Virus record (IMG/VR): IMGVR_UViG_3300010430_000014
Span: 1-64,000 of that record
Reading direction: 5' to 3' (one strand)
From: a virus
DNA length: 64,000 bases
Every line of letters begins with the position of its first letter. Position 1 is the first letter of the stretch. The notes under the pieces are model-generated. The model saw only the letters and a list, made by a program, of their open reading frames with translations, was not told the origin of the DNA and searched no databases. Of the stretch, positions 57,356 through 64,000 are shown one piece after another. The position numbers and the translations under genes were made by a program.

Positions 57356-57634
57356 CTAAGTAATTATTATTGTTTGTACACCTGAAGATGGTACATATAC
57401 CTTTGAAAGAACTTGAACCATTTGATGAACAAGCTGTCCTTTATTAGCAGTATAAACAGAAGTCGGTCTTGAAATAGAATGAACTACTTGATGGGCAACT
57501 TGTATAGCATTAAAATTATCTATATCTTCTCTTAATACTTCAATAGTTGATTGAGTTATTTTAACTCCTTCATTACCCGTTTCTTCACGAAGAACTTCAA
57601 TAGTTGATTGAGTTATTTTTCCTTCATCAGCCAT
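57356..57634 (-). CDS. Small virion protein with KITQSTIEVLRE duplication
   Basis: Internal repeat. Confidence 0.65.
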   Translation of the reverse strand: MADEGKITQSTIEVLREETGNEGVKITQSTIEVLREDIDNFNAIQVAHQVVHSISRPTSVYTANKGQLVHQMVQVLSKVYVPSSGVQTIIIT

Positions 57635-57644
57635 TTTTTACTCC

Positions 57645-58652
57645 TTAAATTGTAGATATAAATGCACCTGCTTCCATAGCATTAATGTCTGCTTCTTCCC
57701 AAGCAGCAGCATCGTCAGGATTATCATCCCATATAGTTTGAAAAATTCGATAAGTAGTTTCTAACTCCTTTTCAACTGAATCATCATAATCTGAACCATT
57801 TACTCTAACAGTATTTTTTATTTTAACAGTATTCACATCTGTTTTTTGAGCAATATTATTTACTGCAATACCTTTAATTGCTGATCCAGATAATGCAGGT
57901 ATGCTTTCAAAAGTAAATGTATCCCGTTCATCTGCTGCATCTCCAGTTACATAATCAGAAGTATTCCACATAAGAGAATCATCGACACATTCGTAATTAT
58001 CCCCTGCTGATGGAGCCATTTGACTATAATTCCCATCCCCATCAGGCCAAAGAGTTTCTATTCGACATGGGCCATGAAATTGTGCATCATCAATCCAAAA
58101 ATCATCTATATACATAGCTCCACGCATATGTACTGCTGTGATTGTTTCATTGCCACTAAGCAATGTATCTTGACTTGTTAAATTAATAACGGTAACTCCA
58201 TTTTTCTTTACATGAACTACTCCTACGGTATCACTAAGAACAACATTAAACTCCCAATAATTCCAATCAGCTTGAGGAAAAATAGTATCCACACTATCCC
58301 ATAATTGTGTTCCTCCAGTTCCACGATAAATAATGAGTGATCCATCAGCTTGTATATCAAAATGAACTTGAACAGCAGTTGAATTTGAAATACTTATATC
58401 TGGCTGTTGAGATTCATGATCTGATCTTATTGCTAATCCCATATAAATCTCACTCAATGACAACCAATACCAATGAACTAATCGATCAGCAGCTAAAAGA
58501 TTTAATACTCTTGCGCCAGTTCTTAATGTATCATCCTGCAAACCCTGCACCCAATACCCACTTGAAGTATCAAATTTATATCGATCTGTATCATCAGCAT
58601 GAGCAGATCCAATACGATGATGATCAAAACCGTCCATTCTTATTAATGCCAT
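57645..58652 (-). CDS. Tail protein with LamG/ConA-like domain
   Basis: DGFD, WNYWE, DDFW, GPCRIETL.PDGDG. Confidence 0.75.
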   Translation of the reverse strand: MALIRMDGFDHHRIGSAHADDTDRYKFDTSSGYWVQGLQDDTLRTGARVLNLLAADRLVHWYWLSLSEIYMGLAIRSDHESQQPDISISNSTAVQVHFDIQADGSLIIYRGTGGTQLWDSVDTIFPQADWNYWEFNVVLSDTVGVVHVKKNGVTVINLTSQDTLLSGNETITAVHMRGAMYIDDFWIDDAQFHGPCRIETLWPDGDGNYSQMAPSAGDNYECVDDSLMWNTSDYVTGDAADERDTFTFESIPALSGSAIKGIAVNNIAQKTDVNTVKIKNTVRVNGSDYDDSVEKELETTYRIFQTIWDDNPDDAAAWEEADINAMEAGAFISTI

Positions 58653-58678
58653 TTTCTTATCTCCTAACTAATTATTAT

Positions 58679-59452
58679 TTAAGTTCTAATACCCTCAATA
58701 GTAATAGCTACATCCTCCAAAGTGGCATCTGCTGATACAGGGCCAGTAACTTTTACAATATCTCCGGCAATTAAAGTTATATCATTAGTCCAAGTAAATG
58801 ATCCTGTGGTTACAGAATCTAAAATAGTGGCTGTACCTTTAGATACTCCATTAACTAAAATATCAAAATCTGCCTGTGCCGTAGGAGCAGTTCCACATTT
58901 TATTATACTATAAGGAAGACGTTTTCTTAATTTTACCGTTTCACTTCCGGCAACGGCATGAAGGGCAACTACTTGTGCATCAATCAATGTTCCAGGGATA
59001 CTAATACCTATAATATATATATTTTTAAATTTTGTCGGTTTACTTTTACCTTTAGTATCCCCCACATCCCCCGATCCAGTATCCCAAAGAACAGTAGCCA
59101 CTGGAACTTGAGTAGAAAGATTCCAAATAGTTTGACTTGCTACTAAAACACCAGAAGAATTATAAGAAATATACCAAAGAGCATCAACATCATCTATCTG
59201 AACAGTATCAGCTTCAGTTTTTTCAAACCGAGTTCCAAATGCCCAAAAAACAAATGAATCTCCTACAGGAGTAATTGAAAATATTCTGGTTCCATCATCA
59301 AAAGATAATGTACTATTAGCAGGATCAACAAACCCCGTACCTTCCGTTACTTCCGTATAGTAATTATTAATTTCATTTACTACAGTATTATTCTCAATCG
59401 TTTCATTAATTATAGTCGATGATGCACCTAACGGTTTTATATTTGTTTTCAT
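58679..59452 (-). CDS. Tail/virion structural protein
   Basis: Beta-rich; C-terminal TAPT..DI..NG...AGD...DATL domain. Confidence 0.7.
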   Translation of the reverse strand: MKTNIKPLGASSTIINETIENNTVVNEINNYYTEVTEGTGFVDPANSTLSFDDGTRIFSITPVGDSFVFWAFGTRFEKTEADTVQIDDVDALWYISYNSSGVLVASQTIWNLSTQVPVATVLWDTGSGDVGDTKGKSKPTKFKNIYIIGISIPGTLIDAQVVALHAVAGSETVKLRKRLPYSIIKCGTAPTAQADFDILVNGVSKGTATILDSVTTGSFTWTNDITLIAGDIVKVTGPVSADATLEDVAITIEGIRT

Positions 59453-59460
59453 TTTTCCTC

Positions 59461-59883
59461 CTAAACTCTTTGTTCACAATAAACTGTTCCGGCAACATCA
59501 AACACAAAAATAATTTGTTCAACATTATAATCTAATAAAATAATACGTTCTGTATTAGGATGGCATGGAATTCCAGGGTAATTGGTTAATAAACCTAAAT
59601 AAGCTAATACATTTGCACTACCTGAATTAAAAACAGACATTTCACTTGAATATAAATTTATCTGAATAGTTTGATTATCACCTGATCCTGAACTTACTAC
59701 AGTATCTTGTTGATAAATAGGATTATATCGTGGAAAATCATTAAGCTTTGTAAAATTAACATCAGTTAAAATACGAGTAGTTTCTACATGTTCTCCTGGG
59801 TTAATTTTAAATACTCTTTTTCGGCCCCTAACAATAATAGTTTCTACAATAGTTTCTAATGTTTGATTTTCATAAATTGGCAT
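59461..59883 (-). CDS. Virion-region hypothetical protein
   Basis: GGAGAGG RBS. Confidence 0.65.
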   Translation of the reverse strand: MPIYENQTLETIVETIIVRGRKRVFKINPGEHVETTRILTDVNFTKLNDFPRYNPIYQQDTVVSSGSGDNQTIQINLYSSEMSVFNSGSANVLAYLGLLTNYPGIPCHPNTERIILLDYNVEQIIFVFDVAGTVYCEQRV

Positions 59884-59901
59884 AATCCCTCTCCCTATTA
59901 T

Positions 59902-60774
59902 TTAATTTATATAACTTAAAACCTCATTTACAATTCTTTCAGGTTTAATCATAGCAATACACCTTCCATAAGGTTTACCATGCCAACGATTTTTACAATC
60001 TTCTGCATAGGAAATCCAACATCCTCTTTGCTGACAACAATCCAATAAACCAATAGTATCTAAATATCGATGACCAGGATAAGACTCCCATCTACAATCT
60101 TCTCTACCACCTGCAATTACAACACAAGGTTTATTAAAAGCAGCAGCAACATGCATATGCATTGAGACATGCCCAATTGTACCTTCAGAATGAAATACCA
60201 TTGAAAAAAAATCTCTTAAATTTGTTTGACCTATTATACTCTGAACATCATGATGAATAGGATGAATATCATTTTGATTACCTGCCTGAACTAAATTAAT
60301 ACCTGCTTTTTTTAAATCCATAATAACTTTTTGCCATAAATCAGGAGGATATCCTTTTATGGGTATATCAATTTTTACTCCAGAATTAATTATCCAATAA
60401 GGTTTTTTAACCCTAAGACGATCAAGAATATTTTCTGACATTTCATCTTCGGTCAAATGAATATCAGGACACATTGAAGTTTTTTGAATATTTAAACCAT
60501 ACATCTGATTAAGAAGATAAATAAAAGCATCTGAAAAATGAAAACCTAAAGGAGCAAGTTTATCTCTTACTTTATTATATTCTAAATTTATTATAGGTAC
60601 TCCTTTATTTTTAGAAAAATAAGTAATGTTAGGATTATTAAAAAATACTTCTGGATAACAACTAAACACACCTGTACGCATAAGAGTAGGATAACTTTTA
60701 TGTAAATCCCTAAGAGCAACAGAAAGCATCAAAAGATCTCCTGGTGCTTGCCATTGTTTAAATATTATATCCAT
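59902..60774 (-). CDS. GT9-like glycosyltransferase
   Basis: APGD.LM...L, NNPNI, G.TNLR, S..MH.AAA..KPCVVI.GGRE. Confidence 0.88.
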   Translation of the reverse strand: MDIIFKQWQAPGDLLMLSVALRDLHKSYPTLMRTGVFSCYPEVFFNNPNITYFSKNKGVPIINLEYNKVRDKLAPLGFHFSDAFIYLLNQMYGLNIQKTSMCPDIHLTEDEMSENILDRLRVKKPYWIINSGVKIDIPIKGYPPDLWQKVIMDLKKAGINLVQAGNQNDIHPIHHDVQSIIGQTNLRDFFSMVFHSEGTIGHVSMHMHVAAAFNKPCVVIAGGREDCRWESYPGHRYLDTIGLLDCCQQRGCWISYAEDCKNRWHGKPYGRCIAMIKPERIVNEVLSYIN

Positions 60775-61976
60775 TATATTAACCTTATGTAATAGTGAAA
60801 CCCATTATAATTCCTACCTGACATTTGTGGAACACAAAATCGAGTAGAAGGATCATAGTTACCATATGGAAGTCGATAAACATAATCATATACCGTTTCT
60901 CCGGCATCCCATGCAATCATAAGCATATAATCTTCATACTTAGAGTCAAAATGAAAAGGAGGGCCAGTAACACCATTAAGAGAAGCAAAAACAGTTAAAG
61001 AATTACCATCTTTCATATAATAACCCTTATCATTTACTGCAAACTGTATCCAACAATCACCATCCCATTTTGCTCCTCCCCAAAGTCCTTGACTACTTAT
61101 AGGTAATCTACCATCCCACCAAATTGATCCCCAAGTAGTTCCATCATCAAATGATTCCCACGCACAATTAGGAGAATAAGATACATCATCAATTCCAACA
61201 ATCCATTTATCTGAATCTGGAAAATACATTACATTTACTGGATAACCACCTATATCATAAGGACGCATCATATAAGTCCAAGTGGTTTTACTTGTCCAAT
61301 TAATGCCATCGGTTGAGTGATATATTGTTGGAGTAGTTGAATAATTAACAATCATTAATTCATTATTAACTAAATCAACTGCTATTCCACTTGAAGTACA
61401 ATTGGGTAATCCTGTTCGTGTTGTCCAATTAATTCCATCTGAAGAAGTACAATATGTTCCTCCTGAATTGGCACATAGTAACCATTGCGTTCCATCCCAT
61501 ATAAGATAATCCCAATTTCCAGAAGAAGGTAATGTTACTGAATTCCAAGTAATTCCATCAGATGAATATGCTGCCTGAGTACCACCATATGCTGCTGCTA
61601 CAAATTGACTATTCGCATAAGCGCATACTCTCCAATCACCTGATGCCGGAAGATTAACTGAATATTCTGTCCAATTATCTCCACCATCAGATGTTCGCCA
61701 ATGGTATCTTGTTGTTCCTCCTAACATTACAGCAATATCACCATTTACTGCTACTGTTTTAATTTGTGCTGCCGGAGTATTTGTAAACCATATTTTTTCA
61801 CATGTTTGAAATCTTAAAGGATGTAAATCAAAATTACCATTAATATAATCAGAATAATTACTTTTAAGATAATCAGATCCATCACACAATACCCATCCTG
61901 CTCCTGGTGATCCAACAGAAGGAATAATTTGACCAAGAGGAAATTCTGCTACATTAGAAGTAGGATAAAGTTTCAT
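60774..61976 (-). CDS. Tail fibre: split tail-collar domain enclosing BNR/Asp-box propeller
   Basis: PLGQI..GWVLCDG; S.DG..W repeats; F.VP..YYIR. Confidence 0.85.
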   Translation of the reverse strand: MKLYPTSNVAEFPLGQIIPSVGSPGAGWVLCDGSDYLKSNYSDYINGNFDLHPLRFQTCEKIWFTNTPAAQIKTVAVNGDIAVMLGGTTRYHWRTSDGGDNWTEYSVNLPASGDWRVCAYANSQFVAAAYGGTQAAYSSDGITWNSVTLPSSGNWDYLIWDGTQWLLCANSGGTYCTSSDGINWTTRTGLPNCTSSGIAVDLVNNELMIVNYSTTPTIYHSTDGINWTSKTTWTYMMRPYDIGGYPVNVMYFPDSDKWIVGIDDVSYSPNCAWESFDDGTTWGSIWWDGRLPISSQGLWGGAKWDGDCWIQFAVNDKGYYMKDGNSLTVFASLNGVTGPPFHFDSKYEDYMLMIAWDAGETVYDYVYRLPYGNYDPSTRFCVPQMSGRNYNGFHYYIRLI

Positions 61977-63145
61977 TAGACAATCCTTATATAGTTATGT
62001 ACATTATTAATTCCAAAAGAATTATGAGGTCTTCTTGGTAATTGAAAATAAGTTGATTCATCAAATTTATATTCTTCACAAACAGTCATATACCTATACC
62101 ATCCTTCAATTATAACTATCTTTCCTGAAGAACTGTTATAAAGCATATCTGTTTGTGCTGACTGATTACCAATGTTTTGATACCAGGGATAAAATGTTTT
62201 TAAATCTGGAGATCTAACCCCCACATCATTTGTAGACATTCCAAACCATTGATCCTTAAAATATTTCCACCGAGTAACACTTTCTTGATTATCTCTATCA
62301 TGTGACCAATTAGGCCCACCATAATACCAGATTTGTTTCCAATTATATCCATCATCAGAAATCCATGTATGCCCTGCATTTATATGAGAATTCATCATAA
62401 AATATCCATTAGCATAAGATATTTTTGGCATATCACTAAATCCCCAAGGAAGATAAGGCAAAGTAACTCGATCCCAATTTGTTCCTCCATTACTTGAAAT
62501 TAAAAAATAACTATTAGATATTGCTACCGTCAAACCACTACCATCACTACAAATAGCTTCAGGTGCTTGAAAAAATGTTCCTGCTGCTCCCCATGTAATC
62601 CCATCTGTAGATCGGTAGCATTGTGTTGTATCATCAGCAGCAAGAATGAAATAAGTTCCATCCCAACAAATTCCTTGCCAATCATAAATTCCTGGCAAAG
62701 TTCGTGCTGTCCATGATGATCCATTATTAGATGTTGCTGCTGAAGTAGTATTTACTCCAACTGTACACCACACAGATCCATTATAAGCAATGCTAAAGTA
62801 ATCTTTTGAAGTATCAGGCAATGTTCCACTTGTCCATGTCACACCATCATCAGAATAAGCAAAATCACCCTCCCATCCTACAGCAACCCATCGACTACCA
62901 TCATCTGCCATTTCCTCTAAACCTGAAGAATCAAATGCTGCATCTAAAGGTCTTATAATTTCTTGCTGTTCCCATGCATTAGGATTATCTGTTTCTAAAA
63001 CAGATAATAAGGTGGCATATGTAGTTCGATTTAATAACTGCCCTTCCATTCTAAGCCAGTTATCATTAGGAGGTTTAGTCGCTTCAATTATAGATCCAAT
63101 AGGATATATTTCTTGTGTTTGAATTGATGGATGCAAAAGAGTCAT
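61976..63145 (-). CDS. Tail fibre paralog (collar + BNR propeller)
   Basis: PIGSI..WLRMEG..L.R.TY..L; S.DG.TW repeats; FQLP..YIR. Confidence 0.85.
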   Translation of the reverse strand: MTLLHPSIQTQEIYPIGSIIEATKPPNDNWLRMEGQLLNRTTYATLLSVLETDNPNAWEQQEIIRPLDAAFDSSGLEEMADDGSRWVAVGWEGDFAYSDDGVTWTSGTLPDTSKDYFSIAYNGSVWCTVGVNTTSAATSNNGSSWTARTLPGIYDWQGICWDGTYFILAADDTTQCYRSTDGITWGAAGTFFQAPEAICSDGSGLTVAISNSYFLISSNGGTNWDRVTLPYLPWGFSDMPKISYANGYFMMNSHINAGHTWISDDGYNWKQIWYYGGPNWSHDRDNQESVTRWKYFKDQWFGMSTNDVGVRSPDLKTFYPWYQNIGNQSAQTDMLYNSSSGKIVIIEGWYRYMTVCEEYKFDESTYFQLPRRPHNSFGINNVHNYIRIV

Positions 63146-63597
63146 TAGGTTACTCCATAATCTATTGAAATATTATCTCCTGAAGATATTGATTCAAGGG
63201 ATACCTTAAATGATTTTGCCCCAAAGATATTAGCAAAAACAATTATGTCTCCCCAAAATCTTCCTGATACTGATTTAGCAAGATTGTTTATAGTAATCAA
63301 TTCTGTATATCCAATCTCAGTATCCCCACTATCAAAAAATAAAAATCGAATTGATGCTACTGCTGCGTTATCATTATATGTATTTTTCAATATGATATAA
63401 TAACGTCCACGCACTTCAATAGCAGAAACAGGATATAATCCAGGTGTTCCTTGCGTAGCAGTAATAGAAGCAAGAGTAATTTCCCCCATGCCAGGAAGAT
63501 CTCTTTCAATTTGTCTGGAAGTTCCACCAATAGACACCTGTACCGTTGAAACATTTTTGCCCGAACCTTCAGTTACGGCAATTTGTGACTCAGACAT
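63145..63597 (-). CDS. Virion structural protein
   Basis: AAGGAG RBS; VTEGSGK N-terminus. Confidence 0.65.
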   Translation of the reverse strand: MSESQIAVTEGSGKNVSTVQVSIGGTSRQIERDLPGMGEITLASITATQGTPGLYPVSAIEVRGRYYIILKNTYNDNAAVASIRFLFFDSGDTEIGYTELITINNLAKSVSGRFWGDIIVFANIFGAKSFKVSLESISSGDNISIDYGVT

Positions 63598-63607
63598 AAT
63601 TTACTCC

Positions 63608-64000
63608 TTATACATCTTGACTATTAATAGTAATAACTAATTTTAATACCTCTGCTGCATTAAAAGGTCTGGAAGAACCAAAACGTGCTGCGGAAAACAA
63701 TATACCAGATCCACTTGCTACATCACCTTTAGTTGAAACATTATTTAACATTCCACCATAAATCGTATTTGATCCAGAGGTACAAGTAAATTCTGCCGGA
63801 GATGCAGAGTTATCAAGAGACTGTGAAGAAATAGCTCCTTCAACCCATTCCTCTCTTGTAGCTTCATCATAATTAGTAAATTCTGTACAGACAGGAACAG
63901 CATATGTCCATCCGGCAGCAGGGGTTGAATCAGAACCAAAGATAGCAATATACCAAGTAGCAGATTGTGAACCTGATTTAAAATAAACATCAAGTACATC
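63608..64000 (-). CDS. Tail structural protein, 5'-truncated by window end (not the frame in the ORF track)
   Basis: Own translation DVLDVIFKSG..TWYIAIF..EFTNYDEATR.EW..G.LFSAARF..; TAA at 63608-63610. Confidence 0.75.
   Translation of the reverse strand, partial: DVLDVYFKSGSQSATWYIAIFGSDSTPAAGWTYAVPVCTEFTNYDEATREEWVEGAISSQSLDNSASPAEFTCTSGSNTIYGGMLNNVSTKGDVASGSGILFSAARFGSSRPFNAAEVLKLVITINSQDV

Larger units (their letters stand above)
1..64000. mobile_element. Segment of a large tailed bacteriophage genome
   Basis: Dense small ORFs, phage-type replication set (PolA, gp32-like SSB, RecA, DnaB, primase), amidase and tail-collar fibre genes; no host housekeeping genes. Confidence 0.95.

Noticed and set aside
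370-62724. Many short antisense or alternate-frame ORFs (e.g. 370..582, 9063..9380, 28218..28658, 33636..33989, 44457..44840, 47884..48321, 58337..58735)
   Set aside because: Shadows of well-supported genes; no RBS or motifs
56311-63145. Diversity-generating retroelement target/template pair
   Set aside because: No reverse transcriptase in the window; both similar blocks lie inside paralogous genes and differences are not clearly adenine-specific
63745-63999. 84-aa minus-strand ORF in the track
   Set aside because: Another minus frame (63608..>64000) gives a typical tail-protein sequence
1-64000. Genome-wide stop-codon reassignment
   Set aside because: Conserved genes are full length in code 11, and TGA/TAG end genes with normal overlaps; only the TGA at 7946 looks like readthrough

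Overview
AT-rich segment of a large tailed dsDNA phage genome in the standard genetic code, with a GAAAGGA/AGGAG RBS and sigma70-type promoters. I saw no tRNA, CRISPR array or integrase. (1) 1-10.6 kb, + strand: three SAM methyltransferases, a radical SAM enzyme and a glycosyltransferase, then Ig/FN3-like proteins, DUF4326, NADAR and small ORFs, ending at a terminator. (2) An abrupt compositional junction at ~10.9 kb opens a divergently transcribed early-type region (10.9-27.3 kb) of small unknown genes, RHH regulators and consensus promoters. It carries repeated intergenic motifs and strong enrichment of the palindromes CAATTG and AAGCTT. (3) 27.4-53.5 kb, replication/recombination: split UDG-exo/PolA, a Ycf46-like AAA + DUF1257 + DUF2997 + DUF3150-like module, UvsY-like, gp32-like SSB, RecA, resolvase, split SbcC around SbcD, 5'-3' exonuclease, DnaB, SF2 helicase, primase, two paralogous methyltransferases and an amidase. 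(4) 53.5-64 kb, - strand: tail/fibre genes interleaved with GT9-like glycosyltransferases. Best candidates for new biology are a terminal peptide tag KRKL[TS]F / R[LI]xL shared by many unrelated proteins (including the split polymerase and the AAA module), the positional palindrome gradient, and a possible UGA-selenocysteine phage protein with a SECIS-like hairpin. All family assignments are from motif recognition by eye, not database searches.
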